DNA of 62,041 bases, the filler included, from Jimgerdemannia flammicorona (lineage: Eukaryota): NCBI GenBank assembly GCA_003990765.1. It is 3 parts of 3 records of this genome, joined end to end, with 100 filler letters (N's around TTAATTAATTAA, not from the genome) between each part and the next. Parts side by side here need not be neighbours in the genome. Positions count along the whole stretch, not along the records: positions 1 to 20,618 come from RBNJ01001633.1; positions 20,719 to 41,333 come from RBNJ01001634.1; 1 more part is not named here. One strand, 5' to 3'. Both the position numbers and the translations under genes were made by a program. A model generated the notes under the pieces. The model did not search any database. It worked only from the letters and a program-made list of their open reading frames with translations, and was not told the DNA's origin. Within the stretch, counting starts at the first letter, position 1. Every line of letters starts with the position of its first letter. Below are positions 10,900-23,854 of this stretch, in pieces.

Positions 10900-13800
10900 C
10901 CTCAAAGCATTAACCAATTCGCAATTGTCACTAACGACGTACATATATTTCTGAGTCTCCAAAGTGGTGAAATTATAAAAATATCGTGTCGAAGCATGGA
11001 TCAATTTAGTTGATGGTGGGAGGTCATCGTCCATTAGGATCTTTCTTAAAGTGTGATATTGCCTGAGTTTCATCTACGGCACACATGTATCACCATAAAA
11101 CAGGCTGACATATGAGTAGAATTTGAAAGTGATTAATGTTGAGCACACGATGTCATCAACGAGTTTGAGGAACACCTGGAAGATCAGTAAGCGCATGCAG
11201 AGGTCATATGCATCTGGCGTACAGAGGCACCAAGTGATGTCGATGCCGGCAGCGGCTTCGAAGGATAGAGTTTAGGTGAAGAGTGTCTCAACATAGCCCA
11301 TCTGCACCAGCCCTTCTGCACCAGCCCATCTGCACCACCTGTAGGTGGAGCATAGGTAGGAATACGAGCTCGGTACTTTGAAAGGCGGTTTTTGGACCCA
11401 TGAAAATTTTGATACCACGCGAGGCCAAAATTGTATTTAGGAAGTCGCATGGACTGGTCGGGGGCGATCGCAAAGATCGTTGGCAGACATACTGATATTC
11501 CAAGATCCTGAATTTGTGGGTCGAAATCGACTCTGATATTGGCATTGTTTTTATTCTGCTCATCGATCCATCCATTAGATGATATCTATTTGTGCTGCAC
11601 GTAGCAGTTCGCATGTAGCCTGTAAACACACTGTGCAATTCCACGAAACATTTCTGCCATCCAAGGAACCCTACATTTAGGTTGCCATGCGCAATGCCGA
11701 TGATGGTAACTCAATAGTAAAAAATAAAGACTGTCACGAGGCCGCGGCAAACAGTGGATGGTGGTTGGGCAGCAGAGGTGAAGGTGGCCAAAGTTGAGGT
11801 TCTATCGGGTGATAGGTGCGGCGAGAAAAAATACAGTGATAATTAATTATTTTCCCTTTGAGTTTCTTGGTCAGAGCCGAGAACAGGTTTTCGTAAAAAG
11901 GCTACTTGAATGCATTTGCACCTGATCTTGGTACACATCGGGGTGGGATTGTAAGAATGGAGGATGATCATGTTTTGCAACTGTAAATCCATTGTCACCT
12001 TTCCTGTTTGCAACGCCCAATGACGCAGACTCCGCCTCCAAATCACAACAGCCCTGAATTCCCCATGATACGTATGCCAGCTCACCATGGTCCTTACAGA
12101 ACTACATGGATCTGCTTTTCGTCTCTCGCCCATAACATCGCGATCACGAGGATCCCGAACTCAATCCTCACGGGCATCGGAAACACAATTCGAAAGACCT
12201 TCTTTGATCATGATGTCTTTGGCATGGAGTTACAGAAGATTGAAGGCGCTTGGGTGAGCTGATCCATCCCGGATTCGGAAATTCGGTAAGGCACCGTGCC
12301 GAGCTAGGCCGGGACACGAGAATGAATGTCAATTTATTTCCGGTCGTCATGTTTTGAGAAAGTGGTCATGCTTGGCTCAGGTGAGAAAGAGCTTGAGCTA
12401 AAGAGGGGCTGGGGGTATATGGGGGATGATATCTCCATGCTCACTTCTAAGGGCTTCTTGCTGTGTAAAAAGCATCATCCATTTCTGAATTCCACTGCAC
12501 CTAATCTAATATTTTCTCATTGCTTAAAGGTCTTTCGACTGATTGGGGCAGCACACTTTGCGAGTCGTAATTGAGAGGTGTCATGTCTGCTTCTTAGTAT
12601 TGTTATTGCATAAGCATCTCATACAGCTTCCGTAGCATGCTGAAATTGAATCAAGGGCAGAAAATCTGTTCTCTTGCTCCATATGCTTCATCACACATTC
12701 AGCTTCATCACCTCGTAAGCATAATTTTTTACTTTTGCTCGTGCAGCTAGTTGTCAACATCATCCGAACACCTGAAGAATAGACCTGCTGGTTATGGCTC
12801 CAAGTCTGCATGGGTCCTCTCGGCACTGATGAAATCCACAGACTGTGTTTGGCAGATGGTGTTGACAAAGGTGTAATGAATTGCACTTCTGAGATTACGA
12901 TCACCAGATGGCTCAATCCATTTTGTTGTAACGGCCGTTATGGGAGACCTCAATAGTCTTCAGCTCTTTCCCACGCAGTCTTGCAAATGGTGTGAGATGG
13001 CAAAATTCATCACCTGGAAGTTTGCCTTTAAAGTAGAGCCTCTGCAAAGTGGTAAAATTATAACGATTAACTGTCGAAGCGCAGAGCGGTTAGATTGAAT
13101 GTGTAAGAGGTCATCGTTCATCAGGAGCATTCATAAGATGCAAGACGGCAAGAGACGGTGCGAGTTTTGTCAAAAATTCAGTACTGCTACACTATAGATT
13201 TTCGAACTCGTGAAGTCCCCAAGTGGTGACCATTTATTTCGGTGGTTTTCAGGAGATATAAAAAGTCTTGGGGAATGATGTTGAATGCGACATCGTCAAC
13301 GGGCTTGAGGAACACCTCAAGGGCTAACTGATAATGTACGCATCCGGCACCAAGCAATATCGACGCCAGCAGGGATGAAGTGTGAGTGGAGCATGGCAAT
13401 GTACTCCACCTGAGCCATTTGTTGTTGGGGGGATTGCGATTTCTGCACTTTGGAAGGTGGCTTCCAGGGGCATGCAGATTTGGGTACAGTATGAGACTGT
13501 AATTGTAGTTATAAGTTGCGCGCACTGGTTCGGACACGAACGAGCATGGTGGCGGTGACCAGGAGTGCGAGTGCAAAGATTGTCAGAAAGTAGTACGATC
13601 ATCCGAATTCCCGAATCTGCGGGTTGAAAGCTACTTCAAAATTATCATTTTTATGCCGCCCATCCATCCATCCATCAGACGATATCTATTCAAGCTGCTC
13701 GTAGCACCTCCCGTGAAGACTGTCGACACACTGCAAATTTTAGCCTAATAAATCTGCCGCCCAAGCAAATGTATATCCACCAAAAAGCAAGTTGGCATAT

Positions 13801-14650
13801 GCGACAGCGATGATGGAACCATTGTATACAGCTCATTAAAAACTCGCTGATTGAGCATTCAGAACGACAGTTGAAGCCGACCCTGCCAGCAACAAAATAA
13901 GCCAACTTCACCAGACATTTAAATATAGTGCTGCATATGACTGTTGCATGGCATTTTCCTTCACCTGAAGAAAATCACGTAGCCTGATAAGCTTGCAATG
14001 ATGATGTAGAACAATAAGGACATTTGTATGATCAATGTCGAAATCCAACTGGAGTCCACGCCCAAATGCAATCGACCACCTTGACATCAAAACAACGCGG
14101 ACACCATCCGAGGCTGCGGGTTCATCGAACGGGGGCCACCACCATGTTCATTGGGATATTTTCCAAATATGGGTCCATCTGGCGTCATGTTTGCGCCGAC
14201 ATTGCATTCGGGCAGAGGGTTTGCGAACACCGCATCCTCATCGCTGACGACGGGATGAGCAGAATCAAAAGTTGAGGAAAACTTCCATGAGGCTTCGCTG
14301 AACGTTGGATAGCGGCCGGGCATTGTATAGTGGGGTCGGGCAAGTGGCGGTCGGCCAGTATAGGGTGAGGGTAGCTAGGTTGGATGGCAGGCGCGGCAAG
14401 AGAAATGGCGTTGATTATAAATTATTTCTCTTCTGAGATTCCGGGTCGGAGTCGAGGTCGTTTCGAGGCGCCGATTTTCGTAGAAGTGCGGTTTTCAAGC
14501 ATCTGCTCCCGGGCTTGGCACATCAGGATGGGATTAGAACGATGGAGTGGCTGAAAAGTTGTATATGGAAGCAGGATCGCATGCAATATACTTCGAAAAA
14601 CCGATGCGATGGTCGCAGAATCACCGTAGATGAAAGGTGCCATGATTAGC
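10900..14650 (-). pseudogene. Decayed tandem duplication of a minus-strand gene region (two copies, 2.1-2.6 kb offset), function unknown
   Basis: Homologous blocks: about 11020-11040 vs 13110-13130; 11150-11185 vs 13292-13330; 11555-11590 vs 13655-13690; 11815-11960 vs 14390-14545. All frames are interrupted. Confidence 0.55.
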
Positions 14651-16833
14651 TTATACAGCTCCCCATTCGAGACATTCAGGAAGGCACCGAGCCAGGGGGA
14701 CGCCGGGAAGAGACCGGGAGGAGGTCGGGAGGATGCCGGGAGGAGGTCGGTAATCTGTTTTTAATCACCTATATACTTTCGTAATAATGCAACCATGCGA
14801 CAATTTATAAACTATCCAGTAAAACTGCTCTTTTATTAATAATACCTTTAGAGTTTATGCATTATTTTTAAAGCGGCGATAGTTTGAACACCCAAAAAAT
14901 GAAATGGGGGTTATCGCCTACAGTTATATATAGAATTATATCACAGAAAAATAGTTGAAGATGCTAATGACACCTTAGAGTTATCTGTGGTTTAATTGGG
15001 TACTCACAAAATCTGTGGGAAAGACCCAATAAAAACATTTTACCATGTAAATAGACACCTGGATCACCCATCATCATCCATCATCATCGGCAGGATTATG
15101 TCAATGCTATCAACTAGGCCAACAAGAAATTCAATAACTCTCACCAAGTGACTCGACTGAACATATTACGCTGCAGGGCATTGTATAGTTCGCGGTGGCT
15201 GTCGAACCTTTTTTTCTTTAGGGGATGGAAAAGAAATATTGTATTGTTTGTACATTGGAGTTACAGAGGTCTCAGGAATGGAACAGCTCTGCGAACCAAT
15301 GATCCTGTTGATAAAATTTGATCCTAACTAAATCTTGATTAGCTCTTGAATTATTTCTTAAACTTTCTCCTCTATTCCAAACCAACGCCTTTCCTGTCAG
15401 GAGCAGAGCGTTGGTGAACATCTCTAGCATGCTTGACCAAATGTTTGTCAACATGGTTCAGTCTCTCTCCTGAGGGCTATCAAGATACAGGAGAGTCTCT
15501 CTCTTATCATACATTATCTTCTGATTTCGAATTCAAATACAAATGAAATATATGCCAATTTTATTTTATTTAGATAATATGTATAGTCCAGTAAACCATG
15601 CAAATAATTCTAAAAGCATCTCTCTTTGATCTGAAATCAATTCACTGAATTTATCTCTGATTGAACTTCATTAAAATGTGAAATATTCCATAACTAACAG
15701 AAGTAATATTAGAGAGCTATGATATCAAAAGAAATGCAACAAGTATCTTCAAATGTACCTAGGCAGATAGAGAAGGATTGCAAAATTGTTAGAACAGCAG
15801 AGATGCAAAAAAATAAAATAAAATGAAAAGCAGTAAATAGCATTGAAAGTGCTGACAATAGTCACACATAACATTGCTCTGGCAAGTAAAATCCTTCGAA
15901 TGAAAGGCCACAATTACGTGACCATACAATGCCACAATTACGTGACCACAGTTTGATCGTCAATAGATTTCACCGGAATTTTTTTAAAATTTCAACAGAA
16001 GTGTTGGCTGATGACTGCTACAGACTGAATTTTATGACATCGAAATCATACTTTATTATAAGATGCGCGATGTGATGTGTGATAATAGCGATTGGTAATT
16101 TAATAGAACGACAGGTTAACGATCTCTAAAATGTGAAGGAGCCTATATACGGTCGGTATTTGACCTTGCCGTCCTAGATTTTTGCAGCCATTACGTTGTG
16201 TAATACTCGCAAGCCATATTGTGATCCAAAATCGTCACTTACGCCACACCATTATGTACTAGAAATCCCAATGGCTGGGTTTAAAGAATTACGTGGCTTG
16301 GCTGCATGTGGGCGTTTCATGCCAATGCCAAGGTTCCACCGGCGCCTAAGAGCTGATTGGGTGGGAAATTGCAGCTATTTTTCAGGGGTTTGGGCTGGCC
16401 TAGCATTGAATATGGGCACATTACTTTATTATTGCGAAAAATAGAACTAGGGAACGGAGACCACAGGCATAGGGATCATCAATTGCGAGTACTTTTTTTT
16501 TCTATTGGTAAAGTATGCAGACCAGAAAGTGACATATTATCACCGAGAGTCATGCAACAGCGGCAAAATGTTACACCGTGATGAAACGGTATCCCACGGT
16601 ATTGGGCCATCGGAGGTACAGAAATAAATGAAAAAAACATGAATGAACCCCTTATCATCCTATCAGAGATAGGAAAAAAAAAACAATATCTGAAGTATCG
16701 TTGAGATAGAAACAAACCGTAAAAACCTTATCAGCATTGCGAAGATGGGAATAAATCAAAAATATATTGAGTAAAATCCTTACCAGGGTACTGGGAGATA
16801 AAAATCAATGGTATACGAAGCATTTGTTTAATT

Positions 16834-18657
16834 ATGGACGGCATAACACGTCACTTCACGAGCAACCCACCCATAACAATGCAAAACGGTAAAGGAAAAA
16901 AATCTGCGACCACTTCGAATACCACCTGTGCAACCTCGACCATCTCCCCCCCAACAAGTGAACAAACGCGCCTCCCTCACCCTACCGGAGAACCCTCGTC
17001 TTCCCAGCAGTCTGTTCGCAACATGCAAGTGCATCACAAGAAGGACGTCAAGTCTCCAAGTGAAATTATCGAAAACCTGAAGGCGAAAATGCTCCACTAC
17101 GAGCTCAACGAAATAACGTCACTGTTTGAACTTCTTACCCTGGCCGACGAGCCTACTACAATCCGTCAGCTGAAGAACGAGGTTGAGGAGCGCAACACGC
17201 AAATTGCTCAGTTGCAAAAAGTTGTGGCTGCACAACTTGAGACTGAAAAACAATGCAGATCGCAGTTATTTTTCAACAATTCGTACATAATTCAAGGAGA
17301 ACACATCGTGTCAGAGCTTTCCTCTCGGAACAATACTCTAGAAATGCGGATGCATGCAACGGAAGACGAAATGATCCAAGCGCAATCCGTCTGGAAAGAT
17401 GACCAAAAATTCACGTTGATTAAGCTTGCCGTATGTGAAGCAAGAGTCGCGGAGTTAGAGGCTTTCAGGAAGACTGCCGGCGATCAACATGACGATGTCG
17501 TTCGCGCCAATAATGAACTCGTGTTGCGGTTAGCACAGTTGGAGAAGGAGAGCGCTAAGCAGTTGGGAAAGTTAGAGATAAACCTGGCTATAGCAGAAGT
17601 GACTGCCAAGGCAATGGAAGGTGAGTTGGTCCTGGAAAAAAGGAAGGTAGAGGCGCTGGAGGCGAAACTCACTTTGCACGAGGTGGAAGCAAAGGCGATG
17701 CAGGAGTTGCTAGCGGAGCGTAACGGAACAGTAACTCGGCTTGAAGGTGAGCTCGCCATGGAGAGCGAAAAGGCAATGGTGTTGGGGAAGAAACTTGCTA
17801 TACACGAGGTAGAAGCAAAGGCGATGCAGGAGTTGCTAGCAGAGCGTAACGAAAAAGTAACTTGGCTTGAATGTGAGCTCGCCATGGAGAGCGGAAAGGC
17901 AGTGGTGTTGGGGAAGAAACTGATAACACAGGGCGACGACTTGAAAGCAGCAAAAGAGAGGGTCGGCAAGTTCGAGGATTTGAGGGCGGAGGGTGAGAGA
18001 GCTGTAGTGAAGTTGGATAAGAAATTGGCAAAGCAGGAGAAGGATGTGAGGAGGATGAAGGAGAGGACGGAGGAGCTTGAAAGTAAACTATTGATGGAGA
18101 GCAAGAGGGTCGAGCAAATGAAGGCGAAGAGAGATGTGGCGTTGGTGGCAATGGAGAAGAGGCTGGTGATGCAGGAAAAGGATGCCAGTAGGATTGCCAG
18201 GAGTTTGGAGGCGGAGAGAGACGTGGCAGTAACTGCACTGGAGTCACAGCGGTCGAGACTCGAAGAACAGCTTAAATGTTTGTTGGAGTCCAAGGGGCTC
18301 GCAGAGGAAACCGCTTCTGCTTTGAGTTGTCATCTTGTGCAGGCGCAAAGCTGTTCCAAACATCTTGAACGGACCGTTGAGATGAGGGACAAGAAGATCG
18401 ACCATCTACTGCAAGACAGGAATGACTACGCCAAGCTGATTGATGGGTTGAAGATCAAAACAAAATCGATGACCGAGGTGCTCGAGGTGGCAGGCAACCA
18501 AAAACAGTCATCAACCGATGTAAAGGTTGCTGAGCTCGAAGTGTGGACCGCGGAAATCGACATGCTACGCAGGAATAAGCAATATCACGATCATCGGGCC
18601 GACAAGTACGGGCAGGCGGTGCAGAGACTCAGGGATGGCTACGCAAAACTCCGGTGA
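16834..18657 (+). CDS. Long coiled-coil protein (607 aa) with S/T/P-rich N-terminus and an internal 42-aa tandem repeat
   Basis: Uninterrupted ORF rich in E/K/L/A heptads. A 126-nt unit (KLxxHEVEAKAMQELLAERN..ELAMES..AxVLGK) is duplicated at 17665 and 17791. Confidence 0.75.
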   Translation: MDGITRHFTSNPPITMQNGKGKKSATTSNTTCATSTISPPTSEQTRLPHPTGEPSSSQQSVRNMQVHHKKDVKSPSEIIENLKAKMLHYELNEITSLFELLTLADEPTTIRQLKNEVEERNTQIAQLQKVVAAQLETEKQCRSQLFFNNSYIIQGEHIVSELSSRNNTLEMRMHATEDEMIQAQSVWKDDQKFTLIKLAVCEARVAELEAFRKTAGDQHDDVVRANNELVLRLAQLEKESAKQLGKLEINLAIAEVTAKAMEGELVLEKRKVEALEAKLTLHEVEAKAMQELLAERNGTVTRLEGELAMESEKAMVLGKKLAIHEVEAKAMQELLAERNEKVTWLECELAMESGKAVVLGKKLITQGDDLKAAKERVGKFEDLRAEGERAVVKLDKKLAKQEKDVRRMKERTEELESKLLMESKRVEQMKAKRDVALVAMEKRLVMQEKDASRIARSLEAERDVAVTALESQRSRLEEQLKCLLESKGLAEETASALSCHLVQAQSCSKHLERTVEMRDKKIDHLLQDRNDYAKLIDGLKIKTKSMTEVLEVAGNQKQSSTDVKVAELEVWTAEIDMLRRNKQYHDHRADKYGQAVQRLRDGYAKLR

Positions 18658-18834
18658 CGGTTATTATGATGCAATCAAGCCACAACAAGCGTCCCCTAAA
18701 TGACACCGTTAGCGGCTCAGCTAGCAAACGACACATGACTAGAAAAGCAGAGTATGACGTCGAACAGTAGTGCCAAGCAATGAACTATGCCTTTTACGTT
18801 ACGTCACAACCATGACTTGCTCCCATTTTTTTTA

Positions 18835-19190
18835 TTTTTGGCAAAAATTATTGCCATTAGTGTTGCACTCGCTCAACATTATTTCTGTTTATTTTATTTT
18901 TTCTTTTTTTTTTATTTTATTTTATTTTATTTATTTATTTTGGCACAATTCATGGCCATTAGCATCGCTCTTGCACAACTTTATTCTACCTTTATTTTAT
19001 TTTATTTTATTTTATTTTATTTGGCAAAAATTATGGCCGCTAGTGTCACAGTTGCTCAGTCTTCTTTCTACCCTTACGTTTATTTGCAAATTTATGGCCA
19101 TTAGTGTTGCACTTGTTCCTATCATTATTACCCTTATGTTAATTCCCAAAATTGTGACCATTAGTGTCGCACTTGCTCAGCTTTATTCCT
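18835..19190 (+). repeat. Five diverged copies of an approximately 40-nt motif separated by T-rich linkers
   Basis: Motif TGGCAAAAATTATGGCCATTAGTGTTGCACTTGCTCA-like at about 18839, 18941, 19022, 19085 and 19144. Confidence 0.8.
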
Positions 19191-20618
19191 ACCTTATAAT
19201 TTTTGAATTACGCCGCCACAGCAAGAAAGCCGAATGCCGCCAGATAGGAGCCACTCATATCGATATAATCAGGTTTGTGGAGTTTATACCCAGGTCCTCA
19301 TTATTATTATCATCATTCAAAAGTGGCGCAGTTCATTTAATATTATTACGATCCCTCCTCACCATCAGTTCAAAGTTCTCCAACAAACCGAACGTGAGGG
19401 GGCCATTGGGCAGGTAAGGTCGCCATCCCAACAAAGCAAGTGCGCCGTGACCTTCTTAGGCGAGTGCCAGGACATGAGACCGGAGTTTGAGTTTGAGGAG
19501 CGCGACTTCTGGAACGACGTCGACAGATTCGAGATGGTGTGGGTATGTAGATTTATTGTTTGGCCTGATTGGGTTCGGATGGAGTCTGGATAGATGTGTG
19601 GTATCACTCTTGAAAAAGAATATCTGAGTATTATTTTTGGTTGGTTCGTATTTGCAGAATAAGGGGACACGCAAGATCGACTCCGCCAAGGCCGTCAACA
19701 CATAACATAGACCCGCACCTAGAAACGAGCAGGCATTGCCATCGATGCGCGGCCGCCGCCAGTACTTGAGGTAATTACAATGGAAAGATAAACTATCCGC
19801 TATGTCATTGGCGCTTATTATGTTCAGGCCATGATTATTTTCTTAATTCGATTCGCCTTGTCGACTGATCTTCTAGCGCACGCTGGACTAGCTGTTTAAC
19901 TACAATGTGGGGGGCAATTTCACGTCACTGGGAGAGACGCATGGCCTCGTGTGGGACCGTACGAGGTCAGTCCGCCAAGACTTCATGCTGCAGAACATAC
20001 TCCATCGAAGTGCAAGGTATTATATCCTGTTCTGACCGAATCCAAGAGGTTTGAGGTGCAGAAGGAGCAGTAACAATTGAGCATGGGCGAGGTTTGTATG
20101 ATATTTATTTTTATTTATTGAAGTTGGTCAACTGGAGGCCGGCGGTCGGCTCACATTTCTTTATCGGCGACTGCATTTTCAGCTGCATATAGCCTCAAAA
20201 CTCCCCTTTCTCCACTCTTAAACAAAACTCCTTCAGAGTTTTACCGAGATCTACGACGACCTTCTTATGGTCAGCATCGTTGCGCCCCATGAGCTCGAGT
20301 TTCGTGCCTATTACATCGTCAACCGCCTCCGCGACGGGAACATCCTCGGTCAGGCTCAGCTTCGGCTTCTGCGACCCCAGGGTTCAGCGCGCTCCCGAGT
20401 TCCACCCACTCGCCAAACGCAACAAAGGAATCGCAAAATTCCGCTCACCTTTAAGGCCACCTAGAACTTTTATTCACTCTCCTTAAGCGCGTGGCCTACC
20501 CTCAACACCCTACTTCCTCGCGTGCATATTCGAGATACAATTCCCGGACGAGCGGAAGGGGCTCTCAAGGCAATGGATAAATCGCACTTCGCGAATTATA
20601 ACAGATACCCTCTGACGA

Positions 20619-20718
20619 NNNNNNNNNNNNNNNNNNNNNNNNNNNNNNNNNNNNNNNNNNNNTTAATTAATTAANNNNNNNNNNNNNNNNNNNNNNNNNN
20701 NNNNNNNNNNNNNNNNNN
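20619..20718. other. Assembly gap with artificial TTAATTAATTAA linker
   Basis: 100-nt N run containing a six-frame stop linker at 20663-20674. Confidence 0.95.
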
Positions 20719-22861
20719 AAAAAAAAAAAAAAAAAAAAAAAGAAGTCTAATTACATCTACTCCCCATCTCTGAAAGATGTTGTCTGGTGGTCTAATTGGT
20801 TGCAGTGGTGCTTGGTAATTCTTCCTTCCTTAGTACTTCTAGCAGGTGTTACATTTCTTGAGTATGTTCCAGACTTATATTCTGAGGTTGGGCCAATGTT
20901 GGTATGTTGTTTGCAGCTTCTCTTCTATATTCACCTGTCCTTGATGGGCTTTCTGATATTCTTTTCAGATGAGATCTTTTTGTACCTTGATGGTCTGAGG
21001 GGCTTCCTTTAGGGTATAGTTTCTCATGATACCCTTCTTCTAGTTTATTGGGGTTAGTAGAAAAGTACATCAATATTGTTGTGAGTTTTCCCTGCCTTAT
21101 GGATGATGGTGATTTTGTAATCCTGGAGGATAAGAATCCAGCAGGCTAGGATTCCAGTAGGTTCCTTGTAGTTGAATAGCTATTTGAGGGCTGAATGGTC
21201 AGTTATCAGAGTGAATCTTTTTTCAATAAGATAGTGTTTGAACAGAGTAACTGCCCATATGACTGCAAGGTATTCTAATTTGGTACTGCCATAATTCATC
21301 TGTTGCTGATTGGTAGCTTAGCTTGTATAAGCTATCATATAGTATTGTTGGTCAGGTCCTTCTTGGGCTAGAACTGCTCCCAGGCCATCTTTAGAAGCAT
21401 CTGTATATAAGATGAATGGCTTCTATAGATTGGGGTAGATGAGGATTGGTGCTATAGTTATGCAGTTTTTGAGTTCTTTGAAGGCTTTCTCTTGTAACTC
21501 TATTTATTTGTAAGGTACTCCTTTCTTGAGAAGGATTCAGATTGAGGTAGCGATTTGGGTGAAGTCCCTGATAAATCTTCTGTAGTAGGATACTAGCATC
21601 AGGAAGAATAGTATTTCCTTTGGAGTCTTGAGTATTGGCCAATTGTTGATCTTCTCAGTTTTCTTTGGGTCTATATGTGTTCCTTTTTTTAAAACTACAA
21701 ATTTAAGGAATTTGAGTTTCTGTTTCCCAAAGTAGCATTTCTTTACATTGAGTCTCAGATGGTTCTTGTGGGTGAGCTTGAAGAATTCTTCTAGGTGGTG
21801 CAGATATTCTTCAAAATTTGCTGAATAGATGTTGGAATCATCCATATATACAATCAGGCAGTGGTAGATCAGGAGGGCATAGACTGAATTTATAATCCTT
21901 TAGAAGATGGGGGATATATTACAAAGTCCAAAGGACATTTGGAGATATTCAAAAAGTTTTCCTAAAGCAAGAAAGGCTGTCTTTTGAATGTTATTGAAGT
22001 CTATGGGAATTTTGTGAAATCCTGCAAAAAGGTTCATACTGCTGAAGTATCTGGTATCTTATAGCTGGTCCAAGAGATCATTGATTCTGGGCAAAGGATA
22101 GACATCCTTTTTGGTAACTGAATTGAGTTTCCTGTAGTCTACACAGAGTCTCTATCCTCCTTTCTTTGATACAATAAGTATAGGGCTGGTCCAAGGGCTG
22201 GTTGAGGATCAGATGACTCCATTGTCTAAGAGTTCTTGAATGTGCTCCTTTTCGAATGTCTTTAAATGATAGGGTATTCTATAGGGTTTCTGCTGGATAG
22301 GTGTTGCATTTTCTATATTTATGCTATGGTGATATGATGAGTTGTATGGCAGGTTGCCATAGTCTATAGTGAAGATATTTTGATATTTATTGAGAAGATC
22401 CACTAGTTGTTGCCATTGCTAGGGTATCAATTCTTCTCCAATATTAGTGGAAGGCTTCACTATCTTCTGGGTCGCAGAGAGGCCTTTCCTTTCTTCTAGG
22501 ACCTTTTGCCATTTTCTGATAGGTTTAGCTCATAGACTTCTCTGTAGATTTGGTTGAGAAAGAGCACCAAATATCCTATAATGGTTCCTTTTGGCAAGAT
22601 GATGGTTTCCCAACTTTGGTTGGTTGCTCAAGAGTACACTGGGTTCATCTTGTCAGGAAATATATGTCCTTCTATATCCAGATGCAGGATATCTTCATTG
22701 GGTTCAAAGAAGAGATTTCTGGAATCAGGTGGTGCAAAGATTTTGAAAGTGGTTTGCTCTCTAGGCTCCAGGATGAGATTCTTGTGTAGTTTGACTGATT
22801 GGTGGTACACTTGCTGGGGAACATTCCTCTTGAGATAATTGATATAAAGGAGATGTACTTA

Positions 22862-23280
22862 CTTCTTGTCTGAGCTTCCAAATCCTTTGGCTTGTCTCAT
22901 TCCTCCAGTCAGTTCAGTGACTTCTTACAATTGTGGAGTCTTGACCTTCATGAAGACTGCCTGGGCAATCTTCTGTCCTCTTATGATTTAGTATCATTCT
23001 GTACTACTATTGTACAGGATAACCTTGATTTTGCCTATATATCCTGGGTTAATAGTTCCTCCTTCTACAGTTATTCCTTGTCTGGCAAGCCCAGACCTTG
23101 AGGTCAGTTAAATATAAGTTCCTTGGGGTGGCTGTATGGCTAGTCCAGTTCTGATTATGAATGTTTTTTCAGGCTTGATGAATTCATCCTCCAGACTGTA
23201 AAGATTATACCCTATATCTTCTGGGTAGGCTTTGGTCAGGGGTTTAGCCTTGAGATGTAGCAGAGCATACTAAGCAACAT
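22862..23280 (-). pseudogene. dUTPase domain within Gypsy pol, between protease and RT
   Basis: All five trimeric dUTPase motifs in order: IGYNL (motif 1), SRSGLA (2), GGTINPGYIG (3), KIAQ (4), RQAKGFGSSD (5). One frameshift and several stops. Confidence 0.9.
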
Positions 23281-23854
23281 TTTTGCTGAGTTTGAGCTGT
23301 CCTTGGGCTGAAGCTCTGCTAGCAGAGAGCCTCCAGGCTCTGAGGTTAAGGTGCAGCCATCTGGCTCCAGTGGAGGGGTCTCAGAGATAATTGATTTCTC
23401 TTTTTCCTATAGAGTCTAGGGCTTCTATGAAGTTGGTGGTATCTTCTACTCATCCTTGATGGGTGGCATGTCTGATAAGAGCTAGGATGTCTTCTCCTAA
23501 ATCATAAATCTTGAGGATCCTTCTCTCTGGCTTCTTGGTCTGGCTTTTTCAGATCTGATCTCTGTTATCTCCTCTCTTCAGGGTATAGATTGTAACATTA
23601 TGGCTGAGGTAGATCTTCTGATGTCTGCAGTCTCAGTAGTCTGGGTATCTTCTATGGTTACAATATCTCATTGCTCAGAAATGCTATTCCCAGTTATTGA
23701 TCTCTTGTTGTCTTGAGAATCAGTATCTGTCTTAATCATAAGTTGGGGAAAGAGTGGATAAGAGGTTTACTTCTGTTCAGGTAAAGAGACCTTATCCTCT
23801 AAATTGACTTTGCAATCTGGTAGTAACTTCTTGAAAAGTAGTTGACTGTGCAAC

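Noticed and set aside
14695..14752. GC-rich ccgggagg repeats vaguely like the subterminal repeats at about 33300
   Set aside because: Similarity is too weak to establish a second terminus, and a gap lies between them.
16148..16180. Possible Helitron 3' end (small hairpin then CTAG)
   Set aside because: The stem is only about 4 bp, the following base is A rather than T, and no Rep/helicase is seen.
17484..18293. 269-aa antisense ORF
   Set aside because: Shadow of the coiled-coil CDS.
18835..19190. Repeat-spacer pattern resembling a CRISPR array
   Set aside because: Repeats are diverged, spacers are low-complexity T-rich and of unequal length, there are no cas genes, and the context is eukaryotic.
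18770..19417. Hydrophobic 215-aa and 105-aa ORFs resembling membrane proteins
   Set aside because: By-products of translating T-rich repeats.
20267..20618. Coding-like fragment before the first gap
   Set aside because: Frameshifted, truncated by the gap, and no recognisable family.
20663..20674. Palindromic TTAATTAATTAA inside N runs (also 41378-41389)
   Set aside because: Artificial contig-joining linker with stops in all frames; not biological. Adjacency across the gaps is therefore uncertain.
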